A stretch of 64,000 nucleotides of DNA, from positions 223,683 to 287,682 of the forward strand of contig CAZRJH010000001.1 in the NCBI GenBank assembly GCA_964600575.1. The letters run 5' to 3'. The DNA comes from an uncultured Gammaproteobacteria bacterium. GTDB taxonomy: Bacteria > Patescibacteriota > Microgenomatia > UBA8517. Under the pieces are notes generated by a model. That model was not told where the DNA came from. It saw only the letters and a list, made by a program, of their open reading frames with translations, and did not search any database. This document shows positions 48,983-57,194 of the stretch, one piece after another. A program made the translations under genes and the position numbers. Each line of letters begins with the position of its first letter. Positions within the stretch are counted from its first letter, which is position 1.

Positions 48983-49106
48983 AACACTTCTATATATGAC
49001 ACCTCCTTACATCCATGTAACGGAGAGTGACATACCAGGCGTTCAATTCATCCGCCACATCAAGACGTGACATGTTCTTGAATGCTGGTATAATCCTTTA
49101 ATCATT

Positions 49107-50969
49107 ATGAAATCGGAAATTTCTTCCGTTCACGAAAACCCTGATCAAAATTTGAATTTTGAGGACTATGTAAGAAAAACCCCCTTAGTACTAAAGGCGT
49201 TCCAGATTGGATCCCGTGCTCACGAAGGTCAGTTTAGAAAAGAAGGGGCTCCTTATTTTACTCACTGCATAGAGGTCGCAAAAATAATATATGAAGAGTG
49301 GGGGATCAAAAACTCGCCGGAAAAAGTTGCAGCCGCCCTGCTACACGACACTGTTGAAGACACAGAACTTACGATTGACCATATAGAAGCTGAGTTTGGC
49401 GCAGAAGTTGCATACCTCGTAGAAGGGGTCTCCAAATTCAGGTCCGACAAATCCCTTAACGGAAAATCCGCAGATAAAGAAACAGTTAGAAAAATTTTTG
49501 ACAAAACGCTTATTAATCCTTGGGTTGCAGTCTTAAAACTAGCCGACAGACTCCACAACATGAGAACACTTAACTTTATGCCTCCGGAAAAGCGTGTTGC
49601 CAAAGCGGCGGAAACATTGGGTTACGCAAAACTTGCAGAATCGCTTGGCATGTGGAAAGTTATGATCGAGCTCGAAGACCTCTCGCTAAAGTTTGCTAAT
49701 CCGCAAGAATACGAAAAGTTTTCCAAAATACTGTCATCCGATCCGCGTACTAACGAACTTTTTGTCGGCTATATGGTATCCAAACTTGACTCGATTGTAA
49801 GATCGTTGGGAATCGCAGCCGTAGTGGAAACCCAAGTAAACGGAGTTGCTAGGCTTAGACATAAAATGATCAGGGAGCATAGATTTTCCAAAATTAACGA
49901 TGCTATTAGTTTTAGAATAATAACAGACGACAGCCAATCTATACAAAACGCGGAAAATGAAAGCTTGGTAATACTTGGTGCTTTGTGGGCAAACTTTGGA
50001 GATATGGAAGATTCTTCCAGATTTGATAACTTTTTATATAAACCCAGGGATAACGGTTACAGCGCAATCCAACTCACACTCGACTATCCTTTTTCCTCTG
50101 GAAAGCGGTCTGTAGAAATTGCTGTTTCGACATCGAGTAGGGAAGAGCTGAATAACCATGGGGTATTAAGCTTAATCCGTAATTTTAATACCGATATTAG
50201 CGCCTACGCATTAAAACTTATATTTACTCCAACAGGAGAGGTAAAATTTCTAAGACCAGAGGCAACAGGATTGGATTTTGCCTACTCAATAGAAAAACAC
50301 ATGGGAGCCCAAGCTACTGGAATATTTATAGACGGCACCGAATTTCCAATATCCACGATAATCCCTAACGCATCGACTGTAGAAATAATTGTAGGGCCAC
50401 CAAGGGCGGTTCCAGACCCCGAAGCGGTTAATTATGTACTTCCGCCAGCCCGAAAAATAATAGAGGATCAAAAATCAGAGTTCGAGGATCAAAAAACAAT
50501 AGCAAAAGGAAAAGATATGATTAAGGAGGTTTTAGCAAAACGAGGCCTTTTTGACCTGTTCGACTTAATCAGGTTTCCAAAACACTCAGATAAAGTTACT
50601 AGGATGCTTAGATATTTGGGTGCCAAAAGATATGTCAGTAATCTTTATAGAATGATCGGGCTCGGGCAACTTGGAGTGGAAGATTTGGATAAAGCTATGG
50701 ATGAATTTCATCTAACAAAAGAGGAGTTAAAACTTAATTCTATACTTTTAGAAGGGGAGGATGTAAAAGATTTACTGGGTTTTATAGGAAAGGTGGTTGG
50801 TAGGTACGGCGGCAATATAAAACCAATGATAAATGAACCGTTCGAACAAAACGGAAGGGATTTGTTTAAAGCGACACTAATTGTAGAAGGCCTTCCTGGA
50901 ACAAAAACTAAAAATCTAAGGCAAGCTTTTCTAAAAAACAACGCAATTAAAAAAGTAACTATAGTCTAG
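49107..50969 (+). CDS. Long RelA/SpoT homolog (HD hydrolase intact, synthetase degenerate, TGS, ACT)
   Basis: H.GQ.RK.G.PY..H, LLHDTVED, KLADRLHNMRT, FTP.G, DFAYSI. Confidence 0.92.
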   Translation: MKSEISSVHENPDQNLNFEDYVRKTPLVLKAFQIGSRAHEGQFRKEGAPYFTHCIEVAKIIYEEWGIKNSPEKVAAALLHDTVEDTELTIDHIEAEFGAEVAYLVEGVSKFRSDKSLNGKSADKETVRKIFDKTLINPWVAVLKLADRLHNMRTLNFMPPEKRVAKAAETLGYAKLAESLGMWKVMIELEDLSLKFANPQEYEKFSKILSSDPRTNELFVGYMVSKLDSIVRSLGIAAVVETQVNGVARLRHKMIREHRFSKINDAISFRIITDDSQSIQNAENESLVILGALWANFGDMEDSSRFDNFLYKPRDNGYSAIQLTLDYPFSSGKRSVEIAVSTSSREELNNHGVLSLIRNFNTDISAYALKLIFTPTGEVKFLRPEATGLDFAYSIEKHMGAQATGIFIDGTEFPISTIIPNASTVEIIVGPPRAVPDPEAVNYVLPPARKIIEDQKSEFEDQKTIAKGKDMIKEVLAKRGLFDLFDLIRFPKHSDKVTRMLRYLGAKRYVSNLYRMIGLGQLGVEDLDKAMDEFHLTKEELKLNSILLEGEDVKDLLGFIGKVVGRYGGNIKPMINEPFEQNGRDLFKATLIVEGLPGTKTKNLRQAFLKNNAIKKVTIV

Positions 50970-51475
50970 TAATTGCGAAGGTAAATTGTATTTGTTGTCG
51001 AAAAAGAAGATGTAGCACCTGTTACAGTACTTTTATCCTCGGCGGTTACTATAACGCTCACAGACGAGGGATTATTGGAGGTCCCAGGGGTACAAGAAAA
51101 AGAACAGGCTGTTAGCTTAATTGTGTCATTGGTGAGCCTCCCGGAACCAGATGCGATATATCCGTCAGCACCGGCAATGTTCACACACGAAAATGTAGTT
51201 GTCTTCCCTGTAGAATCGCTATAGGAAAATATGTCAGGATCGCTAAGCGGGCATGCGGTAATAGAATCTGCATTTCTAATCTGACGTTCTATAACTGTCA
51301 TGGCAAAATCAACATTCTCCCTAACTTTCACCAAAGACTCAGTCTTTTTTGATCCTTGTATAGTCAAAAGTACGGACCTTGTTACAACAACTCCTAGTAT
51401 AGAAAAAATAGTAATAACGACCAGGATTTCCAAAAGCGACAAACCGGACTGTTTATTTTTCATCTTTGCCTCCAA
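50966..51475 (-). CDS. Type IV minor pilin (PilW-like)
   Basis: SG|LSLLEILVV prepilin motif; start 51475 or 51463. Confidence 0.85.
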   Translation of the reverse strand: MEAKMKNKQSGLSLLEILVVITIFSILGVVVTRSVLLTIQGSKKTESLVKVRENVDFAMTVIERQIRNADSITACPLSDPDIFSYSDSTGKTTTFSCVNIAGADGYIASGSGRLTNDTIKLTACSFSCTPGTSNNPSSVSVIVTAEDKSTVTGATSSFSTTNTIYLRNY

Positions 51476-51900
51476 TCAGTATAATTCGTAGAGTTGACTA
51501 TTTCATGCCAACCTTGAGAGTCATTCCATTTTATAGTGACAGTTGCGGTTACAACAGTTTTTCCGGAAACCACTCCCAAAGAAAAGTCCAACTGTCGTAC
51601 AAACTGCGTGCCTACTACATAGTTAGTATCAGCACATGCACCGCTAATACTCCAAGAAAGAGACATCAAACAGTACGAAGGTGTTTGCGCATTTGATAAA
51701 AACAAAGATATATCTTTGTCTCTTTCAGATCTCAGCCATTCCATTGTTTGTTGCGACAACAACGATCCTTGCGTACCGTTTTTTGAAAAAACCGCGTTTC
51801 TAATGGAATTGGTAACCATAGAAACCAAAGCAATTACAATTAACGCACTAATTGCTAACGCTATAATCACTTCGAACAAAGACTGGCCTTTTTGCATCAT
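51460..51900 (-). CDS. Type IV minor pilin (PilV-like)
   Basis: KG|QSLFEVIIA; EWLR motif. Confidence 0.85.
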   Translation of the reverse strand: MMQKGQSLFEVIIALAISALIVIALVSMVTNSIRNAVFSKNGTQGSLLSQQTMEWLRSERDKDISLFLSNAQTPSYCLMSLSWSISGACADTNYVVGTQFVRQLDFSLGVVSGKTVVTATVTIKWNDSQGWHEIVNSTNYTDWRQR

Positions 51901-52442
51901 CTAACTTCTCCTCCAGAGGTTACATAAACAGAAAAAGTCGCATTTGTACCCGTTTGTGTTGCTCTAATTTCTACAGTCTGACCGGACTCTATATTATTTC
52001 CCTCTCCCAAAACTTTAAAAGTAATGGGGTTAACAGAAGGTATAGTCAAAGTTATACCTTCCGGCAAAGTAACGCTTTTAGTGACAACTTCTGTTTGTAC
52101 TCCGACTTTGCTACATTTTGCAAAAACATCGTACTGATCAGACGAAACCACTCTAAATCCGTAGTGATCTAGAACGTATGTATTGTCACAAGCACTTACT
52201 TGCGGTTTAATTCCGCTTAGTGCGTTGGTCTGTGTAAGTCTGACATCTCCCTGGACTTGTTTAGAAAAACTAGACAAAGCTTGTCTTCTTGTAAAATCAC
52301 GATAACTAACAAATCCGTAGCCAAATAGTGTACTAACAATGGTTATACCAACCAAAAGTTCAATGAGAGTGAACGCACGTTCACGAACAGAAGTAGGATT
52401 CATGAGTCTAAAGCCGATATTATTGCGTTGTTTGTTAATCAT
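51897..52442 (-). CDS. Type IV minor pilin (FimT/FimU-like) with leader insert
   Basis: GFRL-MNPTSVRERA|FTLIELLV. Confidence 0.88.
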   Translation of the reverse strand: MINKQRNNIGFRLMNPTSVRERAFTLIELLVGITIVSTLFGYGFVSYRDFTRRQALSSFSKQVQGDVRLTQTNALSGIKPQVSACDNTYVLDHYGFRVVSSDQYDVFAKCSKVGVQTEVVTKSVTLPEGITLTIPSVNPITFKVLGEGNNIESGQTVEIRATQTGTNATFSVYVTSGGEVR

Positions 52443-52945
52443 GGATTAACTACTTTGTAGTTGCAAGAAGCCCCCCCGCAAGAGGAAATTCCGCCGCAGC
52501 TTACAGTGGAACCGCTTGACTGCTCCAAAGCGGCACAAATTTCATAGGCGGCACCCGACGAATCATAAACATAGTAATTATTGGGGGATATGGGGTCTGA
52601 AGGAACTTGATTGATGTAAGTATTAGTAGAGGAACAAGAAGTAGTGCTATCGTCACCCGTTAGGGAACTTCCAAAAACCGAGGATGCGTTGCCCGAACCG
52701 GATGGATAAACATCACAATCTGCTCTGTATATTTCTATCCCGCTTCTAATCTGTTCTAAATCTGTTTTCCGTTTTGCGTCACGAGAAGATTCACGGGCAC
52801 CCTGTAAACCAAAAATCGAAAGACCAACTAAGATTCCGATTATAGAGATAACCACCAAAAGCTCAATGAGAGTAAAACCGGAGGTTTTGCTCACAGAAGT
52901 TTGATTCATGAGTTTAAGGCCATGCGATTCGCGATTATTTATCAT
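52439..52945 (-). CDS. Type IV pilin / GspG-like pilin with leader insert
   Basis: GLKL-MNQTSVSKTSG|FTLIELLVV, RDAKRKTDL; start at TAATG overlap 52945. Confidence 0.88.
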   Translation of the reverse strand: MINNRESHGLKLMNQTSVSKTSGFTLIELLVVISIIGILVGLSIFGLQGARESSRDAKRKTDLEQIRSGIEIYRADCDVYPSGSGNASSVFGSSLTGDDSTTSCSSTNTYINQVPSDPISPNNYYVYDSSGAAYEICAALEQSSGSTVSCGGISSCGGASCNYKVVNP

Positions 52946-53460
52946 TATAGTGGGCAATTTCCGGCGGCAATTGTAAGACTTCCTTGCAACACAGTTCCCG
53001 ACTTGCCGTTTGAACACAAAAGGAAATATCCGGTAACATTTTCCAACTTAGCCCACAAAACATAACTTGTGGAGGTTGCGGCACCGGTAGAGGCAGCCCC
53101 ATCCGACTGATATTTATATACATAAGTATTGTCATTCACATTTTTTGCATCTTCGGGGCAGGTGGTCATACCAATATCTGCGCAAAGGGTTGTGGATGCG
53201 GTTGCACCGGACCCGTCTGGTCGAGAGGGGAAAAGACTCCCGTTTTGATTGGCAAACGATTCAACCGCAGTCTGATATTGTTTTAGGTCCGATTTTCTGG
53301 CTGTATCCCTTGCCTGCCTTTGTGAGGAAGTGAAAGAAACCATGGCCAATGCGGCCAAAATTCCAATAATTGAAATAACTACCAAAAGCTCGATGAGAGT
53401 AAAACCGAAGGTTTTGCTCACAGAAGTTTGATTCATTAATGTAAAACCTTTATTCTTCAT
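52945..53460 (-). CDS. Type IV pilin / GspG-like pilin with leader insert
   Basis: MKNKGFTL-MNQTSVSKTFG|FTLIELLVV, RDTARKSDL. Confidence 0.9.
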   Translation of the reverse strand: MKNKGFTLMNQTSVSKTFGFTLIELLVVISIIGILAALAMVSFTSSQRQARDTARKSDLKQYQTAVESFANQNGSLFPSRPDGSGATASTTLCADIGMTTCPEDAKNVNDNTYVYKYQSDGAASTGAATSTSYVLWAKLENVTGYFLLCSNGKSGTVLQGSLTIAAGNCPL

Positions 53461-53993
53461 ATTTGTATTTGGAATTGCCACTGCGTCGGGCACCAACTTG
53501 AGTCACTTGTGGTTACTCCGGTTGTATCACTTTCATTTTCCAAACAAGCCGAAAGCGTAAAAGTATCCTGACTGGCTCCTCGCTCATATTTATAAACCTG
53601 GGTATTTATTGGGTCTTCGGGAAGTTTCGGCATATAAGTGGTTGTGCCGACAGTCCAAGGATCACCCCAATTACAAAGAGTTGCACCCAAGCCTCCACAG
53701 CCCATTATTTCTCCCGCAGCCGAATTTGCGGGATATATGCTTAGATCGTTGAAGTACAAGCGCAAAGCGGTTGATAAGTTCTTTAAGTCGGATTTTCTTG
53801 CGGCGTCTCTAGCCCTACCTCTGGCTGTGTTCATATTGGCAACAACAAGCGTTGCTAAAACACCTATTATGGAAACAACTACCAAAAGTTCAATGAGGGT
53901 AAAACCGAAGGTCTTGCTCTCAGAAGTTCGATTCATGAGTGTAAAGCCAAAGGATTTGCGTTTTAAAGTTTTATTCATGGCAGATTTATTCAT
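53457..53993 (-). CDS. Type IV pilin / GspG-like pilin with leader insert
   Basis: GFTL-MNRTSESKTFG|FTLIELLVV, RDAARKSDL. Confidence 0.9.
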   Translation of the reverse strand: MNKSAMNKTLKRKSFGFTLMNRTSESKTFGFTLIELLVVVSIIGVLATLVVANMNTARGRARDAARKSDLKNLSTALRLYFNDLSIYPANSAAGEIMGCGGLGATLCNWGDPWTVGTTTYMPKLPEDPINTQVYKYERGASQDTFTLSACLENESDTTGVTTSDSSWCPTQWQFQIQI

Positions 53994-54004
53994 TGTAAAT
54001 GTTT

Positions 54005-54595
54005 TTATTCTGTTGGTGTAGTGTTTGGACTATATATTGAGAAATTACAGGTTTTTCCGCCGCCACAACTTATCGAAAGTGGGGAATTCTCACAATCCCC
54101 GCCGACACATCCAGGGTCCTCTGTGTTTTCTATAAATGCAAACAACTGATACTTTTGATTTAATGGCGGATCAACGACTCTATAGTAGTAATCAAAGCCT
54201 TCCGTCGGGTCTTTAGGAACTACTTTAAAGTAAACTGTCTTGCCGTCTGTAAAACTGCCCGCTCCCCAGGAACAGGGTGATCCGCTATTCGTACCCGGGT
54301 CGTAAGGACATGCGTCTAATATTCCAGCTGCACTGTCCGGATATTTTTGGAAGTCCGAGTAAAAAAGCTCAAGCGAGTTTGATATTTGTTTGAGGTCGGA
54401 TTTTCTTTGAGCATCCCGACCTCTTGCTTGTGAACTTCTAAAAGAAACAAGTCCGACGGTAACAAGAACCGAAAGAATCGCCATAACCACCATAAGTTCG
54501 ATGAGAGTAAAACCGAAGGTTTTGCTCACAGAAGTTGGATTCATGAGAGTGAAGCCTTTTTTAAATATCGAGTTCGGTTTAACTACTTGTTTCAT
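54005..54595 (-). CDS. Type IV pilin / GspG-like pilin with leader insert
   Basis: KKGFTL-MNPTSVSKTFG|FTLIELMVV, RDAQRKSDL. Confidence 0.9.
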   Translation of the reverse strand: MKQVVKPNSIFKKGFTLMNPTSVSKTFGFTLIELMVVMAILSVLVTVGLVSFRSSQARGRDAQRKSDLKQISNSLELFYSDFQKYPDSAAGILDACPYDPGTNSGSPCSWGAGSFTDGKTVYFKVVPKDPTEGFDYYYRVVDPPLNQKYQLFAFIENTEDPGCVGGDCENSPLSISCGGGKTCNFSIYSPNTTPTE

Positions 54596-55173
54596 TTGGC
54601 AGATTGTTTAGACTCCTCATCACATTGTTGCAGGGTTTTGGTTAATACGCAAGCATAATGACGCCCCAAGTTGCAAACTTTAGAACCGCAATTTAAATTT
54701 TTAGATAATATTTTTTTATCGTATTCAACATCATCTTTGGACTCAAGCGAAGAAAAAAGTTGATAACGAGATCCGTCGGAAGAATAAAAATAAGTAACAC
54801 CATCTTTTGCGTGTGGGTCATTTGGTAAGATTTGGGCGTAAACCTTAGTGCTACCGGGAGTTAAATCATAGAACTTATCTTTACCCCATTCGCAGGGAAT
54901 CAAATCAACCACCAATCTTCCGTTTTTGTCTAGCGTTACTTTGTCATCGGGTCTTTTGCAAGCCAATATTTTTCCGTCTGCGGTAGATTTTGGAAACTCT
55001 CCAAAGTCTCCCACATATGTAGAAAGCGCTGTTTGAACAATGGCCATATCATCCTTACGGTTTTGGTCCCGTCCCCGCATCAAACTTTTTATAAAATTAG
55101 GAGCCGAAATACCCACGAGCACAGCAAATATAATTATTAAAGCAGTCGTTTCTTCTTTGGAAAACTTCTTCAT
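54592..55173 (-). CDS. Pilin-like protein with atypical leader
   Basis: Hydrophobic helix and RDQNRKDD, but MKK-FSKEE instead of G|FTLIE. Confidence 0.75.
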   Translation of the reverse strand: MKKFSKEETTALIIIFAVLVGISAPNFIKSLMRGRDQNRKDDMAIVQTALSTYVGDFGEFPKSTADGKILACKRPDDKVTLDKNGRLVVDLIPCEWGKDKFYDLTPGSTKVYAQILPNDPHAKDGVTYFYSSDGSRYQLFSSLESKDDVEYDKKILSKNLNCGSKVCNLGRHYACVLTKTLQQCDEESKQSAK

Positions 55174-55782
55174 TTATTGCCAGGGTTTACATTCCGTTTG
55201 AATACTACACTGGCCAAAACATGTTGAACTTTGGAAGTTGGGATCACACTCGGGACCAGGACGAGTTTCGTCCCAGAGAATGGGAACACAAACTCCGCTT
55301 CTACAGCCATAGAAACCGCCAGTCTGCTGAAGCTGACAGTTGGGGGCATTAGGGGATGATGTGTAATAATTAAAAGCGCTATCGGGTCCGCAATTAGCCA
55401 TAACAGCTGAGTCTGATGTCGAAACATTTGTAAAAATTCTATACCACCTGGCACAGGAACTTGAAACATCGTAGTCGTAATAATACGAAGCTTTAGTTAC
55501 AGGATCACATGGAAGTTTTTCTATGTAAGGAGAGAGTCCGTTTCCGGGGTCGCAAGCCATAAGACTGGGCGGGGGATAACAGTTGTGATCTTTTTCGTAC
55601 TCTTCTATGGATATTTTTATCCGCTCCAAATCTCCTTTGCGTTTTGCGTCGTTGGCTCTAAATATCTGAGATCTAAAGTATGTCAAAAATATAACAATCA
55701 AGACGGCAACAAGAAGTATAACCAGTATAACTTCAACCAAAGTTAAACCTTTATTTTTGCGACTTTTCGTAAGTTTACGCAT
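55174..55782 (-). CDS. Type IV pilin with Cys-rich tail
   Basis: KG|LTLVEVIL, D.KRKGDL. Confidence 0.88.
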   Translation of the reverse strand: MRKLTKSRKNKGLTLVEVILVILLVAVLIVIFLTYFRSQIFRANDAKRKGDLERIKISIEEYEKDHNCYPPPSLMACDPGNGLSPYIEKLPCDPVTKASYYYDYDVSSSCARWYRIFTNVSTSDSAVMANCGPDSAFNYYTSSPNAPNCQLQQTGGFYGCRSGVCVPILWDETRPGPECDPNFQSSTCFGQCSIQTECKPWQ

Positions 55783-55787
55783 ATTCG

Positions 55788-56540
55788 TTATCTAGCCACA
55801 AACAAATAATTATAAATCGGATTACCCCATATATATGTTGCCACAAGTCCGGCAATCAGAAAAGGCCCGAACGCAATTTTATCTTTAAGTTTAGAAGTTT
55901 TTAAAAGCACTAAAATAATACCAACAAAAGCTCCGGACAAAAAAGAAATAAAAAACCATATAAAAACCAGTTTGAATCCCAAAAACAATCCGCCCAAAAC
56001 TGCAAATTTGACATCGCCAAGTCCCATTCCCCGTCCGCGTGTAATCAGATTGATCAAAAGTAGAAAAAGCGCAGCAACAAAGCCCGCCAGCAATGCTTGA
56101 TATATACGAACATTATCTACAAGAATTAATTTTAAGAGGATGGCGGCAATTCCAGAAAAAACCAATGTGTCAGGAATTATTTGATGTTCCAGATCGATCA
56201 CAAATATCAAAATTAAAACAGATGCTAAAAAGAGCATAAATACAAGCGACAACGGATCGTTTACAAAGGTTGCCAAGAAATAAAAAACTAAACAAGTGGA
56301 AAGTTCTATCAAAAAATACCTGGGGGATATTGTTTTTTTACAACTTCTACATTTTCCTCCCAAAATCAAATAGGAAATCAAGGGTATATTGTCATACCAA
56401 TTAATTTGATGTTTGCAATTAGGGCAAAAACTTCTTCCTTTTACAACAGATATATCTCTAGGCAGCCTATACGAAAATGCTGCAAAAAAAGAACCAAACA
56501 TAAGTCCTAAGACAGATATGAATAATTGTAGAGGTTCCAC
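55788..56540 (-). CDS. pilD: Prepilin peptidase
   Basis: GSF, RS.CP.C...I.W.DNIP..S.....GKCR.C, IDL....IPD, GMG.GD, FGPF; GTG start 56540. Confidence 0.95.
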   Translation of the reverse strand: MEPLQLFISVLGLMFGSFFAAFSYRLPRDISVVKGRSFCPNCKHQINWYDNIPLISYLILGGKCRSCKKTISPRYFLIELSTCLVFYFLATFVNDPLSLVFMLFLASVLILIFVIDLEHQIIPDTLVFSGIAAILLKLILVDNVRIYQALLAGFVAALFLLLINLITRGRGMGLGDVKFAVLGGLFLGFKLVFIWFFISFLSGAFVGIILVLLKTSKLKDKIAFGPFLIAGLVATYIWGNPIYNYLFVAR

Positions 56541-56541
56541 T

Positions 56542-57147
56542 TTACTCCGGGATACAGACGTAGCAGAGGTTTGCTGTCCAGTTATCGCTTGCGGATGTGC
56601 ACGAGTTGGTTGTTGCCACTGTTCCGTTAGCAGCAAATCCTAAAGAGTGAACTTTTGTGGCGGTTATTGCTTTGTCGCGTGTTGATTTGGACAAAGGAAT
56701 GTAGCAGGCATATACGCTTGCGGAAGATCCGGAAGCTTTACCAACCTGGATTTGTTTGTCGGCGGTTGCTCCCGAAACCCAATCACGTCCCAAAAATTCT
56801 GTCTTGAGTTCGTCGTTAGTAATAAGTAGTCCGGCTGTGGCACAACTTGCTCCGCACAATCCTACAGCTTCGGTGCCGGCGGCCTGGAAACCAAAAGCAG
56901 CTTCGGAACTTGCGGTACAGCCTGCAGCTGCACAACCCTCCCATGGGAATTTGCTGTGAGATGCAAAATATCTTTCGATTGCCGAGATCATTTGTCCGCC
57001 GTCTGCATTAAACCTGGCGTCTCTGGCTCTATTTGCCTGTTCGATAGGATTAATAGCGGCGATAACTATCAAAGCGATTGCACCAAGAAGTCCAATAACG
57101 ATAAGAAGCTCTACTAATGTAAAACCTTGGGCAAGTGTTTTTCTCAT
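56542..57147 (-). CDS. pilA: Probable major type IV pilin
   Basis: MRKTLAQG|FTLVELLIVI, INP..Q..RARD; own promoter (TTGACA at 57186-57181, minus strand); follows pilC. Confidence 0.8.
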   Translation of the reverse strand: MRKTLAQGFTLVELLIVIGLLGAIALIVIAAINPIEQANRARDARFNADGGQMISAIERYFASHSKFPWEGCAAAGCTASSEAAFGFQAAGTEAVGLCGASCATAGLLITNDELKTEFLGRDWVSGATADKQIQVGKASGSSASVYACYIPLSKSTRDKAITATKVHSLGFAANGTVATTNSCTSASDNWTANLCYVCIPE

Positions 57148-57194
57148 ACGATAATTAAGTATCAACTCTATAAAATATCTTGTCAAGTAGTTAC

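Larger units (their letters stand above)
52365..54544 (-). repeat. Five dispersed 39-42 bp elements in prepilin leaders (52365-52403, 52868-52909, 53395-53436, 53895-53936, 54503-54544)
   Basis: Coding-strand consensus ATGAATCNAACTTCTGTGAGCAAAACCTTCGGTTTTACTCTC, each preceded by a second (sometimes decayed) GFTL. Confidence 0.95.

Noticed and set aside
48983-49106. tRNA or known riboswitch in front of the RSH gene
   Set aside because: No cloverleaf or TTCGA T-loop, and the hairpins lie upstream of the RSH -10 box; kept only as an unexplained structured element.
52365-54544. Integron cassette array with attC sites
   Set aside because: The repeats lie inside the 5' coding region rather than after stop codons, lack clear RYYYAAC/GTTRRRY ends, are shorter than attC sites, and no integrase is present.
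50966-57147. Diversity-generating retroelement or shufflon acting on pilins
   Set aside because: No reverse transcriptase, no TR/VR pair with adenine-specific differences, no invertase, and all repeats are in direct orientation.
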